NCBI GenBank assembly: GCA_013265495.1
Contig: MU061578.1
Coordinates: forward strand, 195,308-259,307
From: Vicugna vicugna
Lineage: Eukaryota
DNA length: 64,000 nt
Direction of reading: 5' to 3'
In this document: positions 52,215 through 64,000 of the stretch, in pieces
How the letters are laid out: each line of letters opens with the position of its first letter
How positions within the stretch are numbered: the stretch's first letter is position 1
The notes under the pieces: model-generated
What the model saw: the letters and a program-made list of their open reading frames with translations, nothing else
Database searches by the model: none
What the model was told of the DNA's origin: nothing
Program-made: the position numbers and the translations under genes

Positions 52215-52450
52215 AAATCCAATATTTACTGAGCTCCTACTACATGCTAGACATTGGTATAGACACTCACATACAACTCCTGATTTAATCCTCATACTCT
52301 CAGGAGACTTTGGCATACTTGCCCTGATTTTGCAGACCAGGAAGCTAAAGTTCAGTGATTCTGAGACCTTGCCTCAGGTCATGGGACAGGTAAGTGGTAG
52401 AGCTAAGATTTGAATCTGTCTGTGTTCAAAGCACAAGCAGTTATTACCAC
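52215..52450 (-). mobile_element. MIR SINE
   Basis: 'atttactgagctcctactacatgctag...atttaatcctca...gtaagtggtagagctaagatttgaa'. Confidence 0.8.
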
Positions 52451-53329
52451 AACTTGGGATACTCCAGCACTTAAGGGTTCTGAAGTGGTGATGTGGTGGG
52501 ACACCTTAGGAATCATTATGAATATCAGAGCCCTTACCAGTCTCCTGTCTCCCCTGCATGTGGTTTAGGTGACATTCACTTACTGAGACCCAATGGTGGG
52601 TCAGAGCAGACTCATATCTCATCAACATTAATGTGCATTAATATGGACAGGGCAGTTTTGGAGGCCTCTACTTGGGGGGGTACATAAAGGAGGAAAGAAG
52701 TAATGGTTTTACCAAGAGTTCTTCTGATTTCAGAAACTCTCAGCAATAGCATTTGCTGGTGCTTGAGATCTTCCCTGGAACAAAGGTGGCTTGGGGTTTC
52801 CTTGGGCCTCAGAAAGGAGTGAGAGCAGGATGCTTGGAACAGGGTGGTCATGGGAGAAGGGAACTGGGCTGGCTTGGGAGCAGAGTTCTAGCTGAAGTCC
52901 AATCAGACGTCTGCCCTATACTGCTTGTAGCCCCTCTCTCCGGAATTACAGGTAATAAGGTAGAGCTGATGTTAATGGTTTATGACACAAATTCATTTTG
53001 AGAACTATATGCTTCACCCATCGCTTTTATTTTTCAATTTGGATCTGTTGGGTATTAATAGCTTTGGGGCTATGTTTTCCATTTTAATCTTGCTTTTTCT
53101 CATTTCCGAGTAGATTCCTTCTTTCAATTTACACAAACATTAAACCTCCATTTCCCGCAGCCCCACATTCCTCTCTCTCTCTCTCTCTCATTCTCTCTGC
53201 TGACCTTCTGATAAAACTTTTCTTTAACATGTGAACTTTCCTGATACCAGGCCTACCTTCACATCCCCACTAGCCACTACTGCCTTATACTTTTGCTACA
53301 CTTTAGTGCTTGTAGTTTCTCACAGACAT

Positions 53330-53858
53330 GACACTTTGGGCTATGAGGAAGAGATGATTCAAACCAACAGAGGCTTAAAATTCCCAGATCTTTAATATCT
53401 CACATAGTAAAATGTCCAGAGGTGAACAGTTCTAGGTCTGGTTGATTTGGAGGCCCTACAACCTCAGTAAGGATACAGGTTTTACCATCTTTCTGTTCTG
53501 CCCTTCTTAGAGTCTAGGTCTTTTCCCTCCCAACCTGTCTCCTTATCATTATAAGAAACTGGACAGCTTCAGGTATCCTGTCCTCCACAGCTCTATACAC
53601 AGGAAGGAAGAAGACTTTTTTCCCCTGTCTCTTTCTTTTTATGGGTAGGATATTTTCCCCAGAAACTCCCCTACTGCTTATCACTGGACTGCATGCCTAA
53701 GCCAATCACTGCATGACATGATCATGACCTTGACTGGTCCAGACAAATCATAACTCATTTCCTAGGGCTGGGATTATCTTCCCTGAGCACTCTGTTGGCT
53801 GATATCTGACAAGAACTAAGAGGAGGATGGCTACTGTACCAGCAGACAATGCTGCACA
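53330..53858 (-). mobile_element. MaLR MLT1L/M-like LTR
   Basis: 'gaggcttaaa...tctcacata..aaaatgtccagagg', 'catctttctgttctgcc', 'cctaagccaatcactg', 'ttcctagggctggg'. Confidence 0.6.
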
Positions 53859-54197
53859 TGACAGCTTTTTCTCATCTCCACTGTGTGCTTTTCTGCTGCA
53901 TATTTTTCTGTCACCCTTTTACCTAAAACACAGGTAATACCTGGCTTATTCCTGGTCCGACTTTAAGATGCAGCCCAGGCTCTACATTCTCTGAGTCATC
54001 CCAGTTTCGTTGCTTCTCACTGCAATACCATAGTGCCCCTGGCATATGTCAAGCACTGCATTTGCAATGTCATCCTTATAATAATCTGTGCGTCCCACTA
54101 GACTGGGAGCTCTTTGCAAGTAGAGACTGGGCTTATTTACCTCTGACACCTCAGAACCCAGCATACAGTAAATGCTCAGTGAAACTGCTGAAGGGGC

Positions 54198-54923
54198 CCT
54201 ATACTGTTCTAGGAATGTAAATTGGTACAGCCACTATGGAGGACAGCATGGAAGTACCTTAAAAAACTAGAGTTACCATATGATTCAACAATCCCACTCT
54301 TGGGCATATATCCGCAAAATACAAGACTCTGACTTGAAAAGATACATGAATCCCAATATTCACAGTAGCACTATTTACAACAGCCAAGACATAGAAGTAA
54401 CCTAAATGTCCATTGACAGATGACTGGATAAAGAAGATGTGGAATATATATATACAATGGAATACTATTCAGCCATAAAAAAGAATGAAATAATGCCATT
54501 TGCAGCAACATGGATGGACCTAGAGATTATCATACTAAATTAAGTTAGATAGAGAAAAACAAATATATGGTATCACTTACTTGCAGAATCTGAAAAATTG
54601 ATATAAATAAACTTACTTACAAAACAAAAAAAGACTCACAGACATAGAAAACAAACTTATAGCTACCAAAGGGGAAAAGAGTGTAAGGGATAAATTAGGA
54701 GTTTGGGATTAACAGACACACACTACTATATATAAAATAGATAAACAGAAAGGATGTACTGTATAGCACAGGGAACTATATTAAATATCCTATAATAACT
54801 TACAATGGAAAAGAATCTGAAAAATAATATATATGTGTGTCTGTATATATATATATTAATATCTGAATCACTTTGCTGTATACCTGAAACTAATACAACA
54901 TCGTAAATCAACTATACTTCAAA
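54198..54923 (+). mobile_element. Younger 5'-truncated L1 3' end inserted in an L2 tail
   Basis: L1 ORF2 end plus 3' UTR to 'tatacttcaaaaaa'; 16-bp TSD aaa(c/t)tgctgaa(g/t)gggc at 54182-54197 and 54924-54939. Confidence 0.95.
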
Positions 54924-56159
54924 AAATTGCTGAATGGGCAAACGGCCCTGAGGAAGGGGAGGCTGAGAGATGCCCTCAGCTTGTTCCTGCCTTGAAACAC
55001 TCTCTCTAGAGCATCAGCAACATAGAGATGCTTGTAGTGCTCCAGACAAGACATGTTCTTTCATGTCCATGTCTTACAACTTCTGCGCATTTGCTCCCTG
55101 CATACCTTCATCTAGGCCTCCACTCCCACTGCTCAACCATTTTCTTGGCAAACCAGTTCCCTTTGAAAAAAAGAATCATCTCCAACATGAGCAGGTTTTT
55201 TTTCCTGGAAATTCCTCCCGAATTTGGACATTCTTTTATGGTCCTATTGCACTTGGCATGCACTTCCATTAACTAAGGAACATTTTAAAAGCCTTTCTGT
55301 GCATTAGTTTTTTCATCTGATAAAAGGAATGATAAACTGCTTGTCTCTGGCTTTGAGACGTAAATGGGTTAATGCATTTGTAACACTTAGAAAAACACGT
55401 AAAATTAAATATTTGATGCATGATGTCAGTGGAGGCGGTTGCAGCCTGTATCCCTCTGTAGTGCACATATTTGGTTACTGTTCTTTTTCCCTTAATGCAC
55501 TATGGGAACCCTACAGATAAATGACCATATTTTGTCCATCACCAACTCTCCAGTTCCCAGCATAAGATGGGACACAAATTTGATGCTCAGTTTGCTGAGG
55601 ACTGAGTCAGTGAACAAGGAAGTTTTCTTTTTGCAGGAAGGCACCATCCATTCTCCATCCTTCTGGAAAAAGCAGCCAGGAAAAGGACGTGGGACTGAAG
55701 TGGAAAGAATGCAAATTGGATGAGAGGAAATGATTCAAGACCTCCCAATGCTCTCCCCCAAACCACAAAAACTAACACAGATGAATAAGTAAGCATTTTT
55801 GTAAAGATCACCTCTCTGCGTGTTTGGGATAGATTGAAAATCAGGGGGTCCAGGTTCTAATCCTGCTTTTGCCATAGACTCTGTGAGTGGCCTTAGGTGA
55901 GCTTCTGAAACAAGGTGTTAAGTTTCCCAGTCTATACAATGCAGAAGGACAGGTAGAAGTGATACCTTAGGTTCTTAGCATCTCAGACACTTAAAAAAAA
56001 CAAATAAAACATAGAATAAGAAAAAGATATTTCGTGGTTCTAAGGACTTCATAATCTTCCTTGGTACTAAGAGATGTGAGAGGACAATCACTAAAGGTTG
56101 TACTTAGTGCCAGAGGAACAGGCCTGACTCTGGGGTGGGGGCCCCTGGACCTGAGAACA

Positions 56160-56370
56160 GTGGGGAGCAGAGGGCTCTGGATCCAGGCAGACCTGGCATC
56201 TAGGCCTCTTCTTGTCATTTGAGAACCATGAGCCCTTCACCAAGCTATCGGAACTCTCCAAGCCTCAAAGTTCTTATCTGTAAAATGGCAATATAGAATC
56301 CACCCCATAAGGTAGTTATAAGAGTGATGCATGGACCTGGTACATTGTAGCTTCCCTCTCCAATACGATT
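56160..56370 (+). mobile_element. MIR SINE
   Basis: 'gggctctggatccaggcagacctgg...gcctcaaagttcttatctgtaaaatgg'. Confidence 0.75.
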
Positions 56371-56519
56371 ATTAATGGAGAGAACAGTCCCTATTGATTA
56401 TAGTCATCAGGGGTTGGGATTTAAGATGAAGTATGGAAAATGGATACTGATCAGCTAAGCACAGAGAGGTAAGAAGTAAGACATATCTAAAGCTAGGAAG
56501 TGATGATGATGATGACATG

Positions 56520-56720
56520 GTGATGGTCGCTTGCTATGCGTCACATAGCCTCAAAGGATTCCCAAAGCAACCCTATAAAGTGAGTGCTAGAATTTGTCCC
56601 TGTACACATTAGAAACTAAGGCTCAGAGCAGTTAAGCAACTTGACCAAGATCACACAGCCAGTGCATGGCTGAGCTGAGATTAGAGTGCATGTAGACCTG
56701 TACTGGAGCACATATGTTCT
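56520..56720 (-). mobile_element. MIR SINE
   Basis: 'gaaactaaggctcagagcagttaagcaacttgaccaagatcacacagc'. Confidence 0.85.
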
Positions 56721-59321
56721 CCCACCTGTATAAGAGTCTGAGGAAAGCTCTGAATATCAGGATAACATCTTTGAACACTTATCTGCAGTGATGTGGTAGC
56801 CTTTAAAGGACAGCAGAGATTGCCCAGGACTAGAGTCGGGCTCCAGACCCCTTGTCTGAGTGGAGAAAGCGCAGCTCAGCAGTTCCAGCTCACTCTCCTC
56901 AGAGAAGCCTCCATAATGCCCAGGTTGCCTGATGGCTGAGTCACAGCTCTCATGATCCTGGCTGGCAAATTGGAGACACCCTTAATTGGATGCTGAAAAA
57001 ACTCCTCCTGCTGCACAATGGCTCCAAGAGAAGAGTTATAGCTGTTTACTGTAACACACAGACAGTCCCATTAACAAGAATGATGGGAGGCTGCTCCCTG
57101 GCATTACTCTTAGCAAAAGACTTGACAAATATGCTTTGTAAATTAAGGCGCTCCAACAGAGAAAACATATAACACTCTCTCTCCCCACCCCCACCCACCC
57201 CCTCCCCTTGCTAGGGAGACTTTGCATGTTGAATCCTTTATACATTATTCAAGGCTCCATATTCTGACGACGTTCATCAATAGTGGTGCCTATGGCAGGG
57301 AGAAGCTTGTATCAACTGACAAATGTAGACAAAGCAGGCTGCTTAACCCAGGAACAGTGGGTCAGAGAACAAACAGGGAAATTGATTGTGCCCACCATAT
57401 TTCTGCGGGGACGGAGGAGTAAATGAACATCATACGTCACAGCTTATCACATACGGTAGGAGGTGGATGTGATGGGAGCAGCATGGCCTACTTAAGGAAT
57501 GCTGATGGATCATTCACAGACTGCTTTTGTTCTAGGCTGGAGTTTGTCTTGTCCTCAGAGTGCCAGAGGAATCTTCAAGGTGAGGGATACGGGAAGCGTG
57601 CTGTCCCTGCTCCAGGCACTGGGCGTGGCTTCTCCTGAATGGAGACTGATGGAGATGTTCAATTGCTGTGACCACTGGATACAGGCACGAGTGTACCCAC
57701 TGGACCCTCATGGATCCCTGTAGGCACACAAGAGGCAGGACAGTGCAGGGGTTTAAGTCTGAGCTTTGGCATCAGTTATATCAGGTTCTGCCCTGTCACT
57801 TATTAGCATGTGGACATGCTGGTGGACCAAGCCTCTGATACCTCATCTGGGAAATGGGGCAATAATAGTACTTGCTTCACAAGAGTGGGACCAGGATTGA
57901 TTGAGTTAATGTGCAGGGAGCCCTTGGAACAGAGTGCAGCATCCCATTATACTCAGTAAATGCTAATTAATGTGCATCCTGTGTGGTAGGGAGGTTGCTG
58001 TCACTGGAGGTTTTAAGCAGAGGACAACCTATCGTTCTGGGACAATCTTCTGAAGTAGGAATGAATGGAATGTTTAGGAAGCTTGCTTTGGAGTCCTGTT
58101 TCTTCCAGCTTGCTATTCATGGGACCTTGTTAAGTCTCATGATCGCTGAAACTTAGCTCCCCTTCTGTCAGTGAAGAAATAAATAGATAATGTCTATAAA
58201 GAACAGGATAGTGTCCTCCCCATAGGAGGTCTTTGGAGACTGGTGGCCTCTGATAATTTCCCAGTGAGGTGTGAGGCTTGGGGCAGAATCCTCCCCAGTC
58301 TTCTTCAGTCCTGAGAGCCTGGGATGCTCCAGGGAGGAATTAGGTTGATTCTCTCTGGACTGAAGCAGAGTAGTTGGAGATGGATTTCCCCTTCCACCCA
58401 AGCCAGAGAAAATGAAGGAGATAATGATAAAATAAAATTAAAATACTGTGTGTTGAGTACCTACTGTTCTTTAAATGCCTTCAATTTATTCAAAATTCGC
58501 AACAACCCCATCACTTGTTATTACAACCCTCATTTTGACGAATACCACAGACACCGAAAAACTCTCAGGCAGAAAAAGACAGGGAGACCTAGCAGAGTTA
58601 GTTTTCAGTCCAAAAGGGACCATAGAAGGCTGATGGCCCCATTCCCGCCTCTGCCCCTGTGGAGAGATTCTAAAGTCTCCATGGAAATGTCCTTTTTCCC
58701 TGCCATCAGCTGGTTCAGAAAAGCCAATTTCAAGCGAGGCTGGATAAGCTCATTCAGTTCCCAGCCAGGCATCAATACAAAGTAAAATCTCCTAAGTTTC
58801 TGTGAAGAAAATTGGCTTTTGTCTTTTTCAGTGAGCTCACAGCTAGAAAGGGCTACGGCAGCTGAAAAAGGGGTGCTGGTGTCAGAGGCAAGGCCCCAGC
58901 TTTAGCACAGATCTGCTCCTGGCACGAGCCCATGCTGGCATGCTGGGGCAGGTGGAGGGGGCGCACAAAACCCCGTGGGCTGAGGAGTGATGGGCTGACA
59001 GCCCAAAGAGACCAGCAGATTATTGAAGACATGCTCTGACTCTTTGGAAGGGAGAACCCATGTACCCATGGCCACAAAGACTACCAGGACATCAACCGTA
59101 TTTCATTACCACAGGGCAGGCGAGATAGACTCCTTAATGTAGATACCCGATCTCACACATTTCTTTCAATGCCCACTCGGGGAAAGTGTAATCAGCACCC
59201 ATTTCACTGCCAAGGATGCTCTGAACCTCCAAAGCTCACACAGCCAACAAGCGGCGGACCCAGGATAAGGGTTCTTTCTGTTGCCCTAACATTTTGTGCT
59301 TATTTTTCTCTCTGTCTGGAG

Positions 59322-59617
59322 CTGCGCCGCCCATTGGAAATAAAATGTGACCCACAGGTGTGTACCATGGAGGCAATTCTTACATCTTGTAGTCACCACG
59401 TTAAAAAAAAAAAAAAGAAACAGAAAATTCATTTTAGCAATATCTTTCATTTCACCCCAATTATCCAAGAGTATCATCTCAACATCTGATCAGTATTAAA
59501 AATTATTAATAAGGTATTTTACATTCTTTTCTTTGTACTAGGTCTTTGAGATCCAGTGTGGATTCTACACTGATGGCCACCTCAATTCAGACTGGCCATA
59601 GTGGCCAGACAGTGCAG
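59322..59617. mobile_element. hAT-Charlie MER33-like DNA transposon inserted in an L2
   Basis: MER33-like body ('aaaaattattaataaggtattttacattcttt'); perfect 8-bp TSD gtctggag at 59314-59321 and 59618-59625. Confidence 0.9.
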
Positions 59618-61639
59618 GTCTGGAGGGAACCCTCTTGGCTCAGAAGTCACCCTCTCAGAGAGCCTTCTCTGAACCCCCTGCCTGGAGTGGCATCCCACTC
59701 TCTTCCTGTGTCTTCCCACAGCACCCTATATGCCTATGTGGTGCATGTCACTACCTGCTGGTCTTCCTATTGTATGTTTATTTTTCTTTTTACCTTTGTA
59801 CCTCAACAGAATGTTGAATCCTGAAAGGCATTTACTGTTGCGTCCCAGGTATAGAGAAAAGTGCACAGGACACCGGAGGTGCTCAGGAAAAAAAACTATG
59901 TGTTGAACAGGTGAGTGAATGGACAGCTAAATAAAAGGATGTCTGAATCCAAGACTAATCATTAAGGTTACGTCAAGACCCACCACACCACTGAGTACAT
60001 CCCCCTCCCTGTGCCCTGACCCACACCAGTAATTTGTAAACTGGGGGTTCCTTCCCCTACCCGCCTTTCTTCATATTCCAGGAGTGGGTGGCCTGTTGCC
60101 TACTCCAAGTTCTTTCCATGTAGGTACTTATAGAAAAAGAAAGATGCAGGTCTGTGTGTATCTATTCCTCATCTATGCTAATTTGCCCATTCTTATGTAA
60201 TTTGTAAGGTGGCAAAGGCCTGACATACTATCTTAGTTTGCAGAGCCAGGGCTGTTTATCAGCAGCTGCCTGCTATAGCCATTGAATAATTCTTGACTGC
60301 CTGTAAGCAGCAATCTACCAGATTCATTAAATCTGACGTGTACAGCCATTTGCCATACAGATGAAGCTGGTACAGCATCCAGAGATGAGGGACCCTACAC
60401 ATTTGGTATTCGTGGAGTCACTCTTTGGCCCTCAGTCCACGATGAAAGGAAGGGTAAACTTCCTCAGGGGAATGACAACTTTTGCCAGTAAGAGTTTGAG
60501 TTAGAGACCTGTCCTATTGTGAATGCAAGTTGCCCGGTGTGGTGATACATGTATAATATGTACATCAATCTGGGCTTCCTTCTAGCTTAGAAACCTGTAT
60601 TGGATATGCCTGTCTCCTTCATTGGACCCCGAACTCCTGTGGGATCATCTTTGTAACCCATAGCTCCTATTCCAGGGCCTGACACATAGTCTATGTTTGT
60701 TGAAAGAATAAGTGAACCAGGTGAGTTTATAAACCTGGTTCTATTGAGCATCTACTATGTGCTGAATCCTGTTCTAGGCATCTGAGACAAGCTCCTTCCC
60801 TGCCCTTTTGGAGCTTATTGGCTCACAGGGAGTTGAGGTAATTTTGTGAAAATTTTTTCCCTTTTCCAAAAGAATTCCAAATGTTATTCTGTTCCTATTA
60901 TTGTTACTAACGCCCCTGTAAACATTTAGCCCAGTGGCAAGTACATGGACTTGGCAGTCTGGCACCCTTGGAGTCAGATCCTTGCCCTGTCACTTACCCT
61001 CTGGTTGGCGTTCCCTCTTTCTGTAATTGAAGACAATGATAGTTCTCGCATCGAAGTGTGGATGCGACCATGGAATGAGACAGTGCTTCGAAACTGCAGA
61101 TCGTGGTTCCTGGTCCGGCCATCATAAGCATGGGAGGCATATTTTGACACTAGGTAGGACTGTGTTTGGTAGGAGATGAAGCTGAAGAGTGAATTTGGGG
61201 CTGGGCCAGAGGAACCGCAGAATGACCCAGGTGAGCGATTTCCAAAGGCTGAGATTGGTATGTGGGTCTTGAATGACAGTGGGAAGGGGGCAAGAAGGTG
61301 CCATGGCAACAGTGGCAGGATTTCTGGGGTTAAGCAATTAACACTTGGATGCCGTGAAGATGCAGAATTGCCAAGAAACAGGCCAGCAGGCCCCTGTGAC
61401 CAAAAAGAGTCACAGGAAGAGCCCCTGTCTCCACACTCCCAGAGACATCTGTCCACTGGCTTCTGACGGGGGAAGGAGGAGGGGTGGGATACCCCCTACC
61501 AGTGCTCAGCTCTCTTTCCAGAGAATGGGATTTCTGGAACTCTGGTGGGGCTAAGAGGGCTGCCCCAGGATGACAGGGAGAGCAAAGGTCTCAGAGGGAG
61601 AATAATATGGCACAGTCTGTTCTGGAGCATTCTGCAGTC

Positions 61640-61880
61640 TTCAGAGCCTGCACTCTGAAGTCATATTATCCAAGTTGGATTCCTGGTTCGGTCATTTGAT
61701 TTGTAACTGGGTGAGTCACTTGGGCAAGTCACTTACTCTCTTATCAGCCTCAACTTCCCCATCTATAAAATGGAAGTAATTTTAATACCCACTTCATGGT
61801 GTTTTTATGAGGCTAAATGGAGTAATTTGTGTAAAGCACTTAGGACAGTGTATGCTACACAGGAATCCCTCAATAAATCC
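61640..61880 (+). mobile_element. MIR SINE
   Basis: 'ttgggcaagtcactta...gcctcaacttccccatctataaaatgg...tgtaaagcacttaggacagtg'. Confidence 0.9.
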
Positions 61881-64000
61881 TCTACATAAGTCCCTCCCCC
61901 TCAATCTTTCATGTCCTTCCTTTTATATCCCCACCTCTCCAGGGTCCTCACTTGATCCCAATGACCTGCTTTGGATTCAGGCCAATGAGTCTCATTGCTG
62001 TGATCATCAGAGGTTCTTCAGAGAGGTGCAGATACAAGATGGATATATCTTTATCTTACTAATACTGGTAACTGTTCACAGCATACCTTGAGTATATTAT
62101 TGGGCTATAAGCGCTCCCTGACCCTCAACCCTGGTGGAAGTGGGGGGCGGGCAGTGAAGGAGACGAAAGAAAAATCAGGAAAAAATAGGGAAAATGGATT
62201 GTCTATCTCAAATAAAAAATAACCGCAGTTCTCTGTCTATTTTAAAATACTGTTTATTATTTAGTGCCACACAGTTGCTAACAGCTTTAGCCAAACTAGA
62301 ACCACAAGTGATATGTGTGTTAGTATTCTTCTTACCAAATTATTTTTGAAACATCCCAACAGTCATATTCTAGAAAGGAAAAAAAAAATGTGTGTTAGCG
62401 AAAGGTTCTCATGATGGAAATTCAACTGAAGGGAATAAACTGATAATTTTTTTAATTAAGAGAAAACAATATAATTATTTTTAAAAAAGTGAGCCTGGGA
62501 CCTTAAAATAAAATGGGATGATAAACTCTTTGCTGGCAAAGTTGCAATTTCTCTGTTGGATTTTGGATCTGGCTTTTATTATTAAGGCTGGTGCTGAAAG
62601 CTGGCATTTTGACAGGAACATGGAGCGTTTGTCACTATCTGGGAAAGAGATAGACGTTGAATGACATTTCGGAAGAAATGTATACATTTTGGGTCTAAGT
62701 GCTTTCTCCTTACCAGGAAAATTCCACTAGCAAGTAACTGATTGGTTATCTTGAGTTTCCAATTCTCATGGCTATTTAAATGAAAACAGAATTAAAGTGG
62801 GTTGTTTTTTTCCTTTTTCTTTACCTTTGGGGGAAATGGAAAGACTTCGCTATGGGCAGCATCCTTTCCAGATAAGAGCGAGGCTAGAATAACCCAATGG
62901 AGGCTTCTTTGTCCCCAGTGGTAAAGTAATTGAGGGAGCATAGAACACACCCCTCATGAGGGAGCTGAGGTCCACGATCACGGAGGAGATTGTTTCAGTC
63001 TCTAAGTCCTACTTATTAATGCACATACTCAAGTGAGAAGCATGGCAATGAAGAGAGAGGATGTCAGGAATGTCACCCAGGAGACTTGGATTTTTCTAGA
63101 TCGGTTGCTTCCCAGCTGTGAGACACTGGGCGAGTCACTTTCTACATCTGGCTTCTTTGTTAAAAGCAGGTAGAGTGGAGCAGACACACTCCTCACCTTG
63201 CTGTGAGCATCAACTCTGATGAAATGCTGGGAAAGCTCTAGAATACTATACAAATATATGCAGCTGTGATTATGATGCTGTTTGTGGTCCTGAAGGGGCA
63301 AGAGAGAGCCTGCAATTAGAGGGAGGGATGAACAAGAGGAAGAGGAAGGCCAGCCTGGAGATGCAAGTTGACGGTACCCACTTTCTGGTGAGTAGATGGG
63401 TGGCTTATGCCTGTTACACCAAATTAGGTTTAGTTTTCCTTCTTTGGATCTTACCCTACCAATAGGTCAAACACTGCCTTCCTAATGTAGATTGCTGAAT
63501 AGTTATAAAAGATTATTTACCTGCCATAAATAAGAGGTCAAGGTTTCTGCTCACGGCAGCTTAACTTCATGGGGTATTTTGTATCATGGCTACTCTTGGC
63601 CTTCCATACATGGTTTCTCTCTTCTTGCCCTGAGCTTCTTTCCTTTTATCTATGGCCTTCTACAGTTCTCAGGCAGATCAATAAAAGCCAAACCCAAAGT
63701 TACTGAAACTTGGGGAAGTCGTCCTTTTAAAGACAAGGGTCTTGGGGCAAGGAGTGGGAATCAGGTGATGATTCCAATTCTTCTCCCAGCAGAGAGATTA
63801 GGCTCAGGAATCCCTTCTCTTCAATGCACAGCAGTGTTTTGGATGTTTAGATGTTAGTGTTTTCTGGACTGAATACCCATAGCAAAAGTTCCTTGAGGTT
63901 TTTTTTTTGGTAATCATTTCCACCTTTCTGGGGCTAATTGCTGTATCATGTTTATGAAGATCCTGACAGTGCTGAACTTTCCATGAGCCCTGTACTCCCT

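Noticed and set aside
58324..58785. 153-aa ORF
   Set aside because: Runs through a reverse MIR fragment (~58430-58600); no recognisable domain or splice support.
58950..58965. CTCF-like 'tggagggggcgc'
   Set aside because: The 5' CCAS core does not match, so it is only a partial motif.
60974..61456. 160-aa minus-strand ORF (longest in the track)
   Set aside because: Overlaps MIR/L2-like remnants, has no known motif, and its length is plausible by chance.

Overview
This is mammalian non-coding DNA (intergenic or deep intronic), CpG-depleted and dense in ancient repeats. These include MIR SINEs, L2 LINEs, old L1M fragments, MaLR/ERVL/ERV1 solo LTRs (MLT1-, LTR16-, LTR33-, MER31- and MER90-like) and hAT/Tigger DNA transposons (MER20-, MER33-, MER63-, MER2- and MER5-like). 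Several younger 5'-truncated L1 3' ends resemble the cetartiodactyl type. I recognised no ruminant, pig or cetacean SINEs, so a camelid genome is a tentative guess. I found no host protein-coding exon, structural RNA gene or CRISPR-like array. The only protein-like ORFs are LINE-1 ORF2 fragments. The most notable item is an isolated ~410-bp L1 endonuclease fragment inserted without poly(A) or a long TSD, with microhomology at both junctions (candidate repair-associated insertion). Also notable are several nested TE stacks with readable TSDs and repeat-free islands rich in homeobox/SOX/TCF/RFX motifs that look like enhancers. I see no evidence of a genuinely new biological system. Repeat family names come from my recall of consensus sequences, and boundaries without a stated TSD or terminus are approximate.
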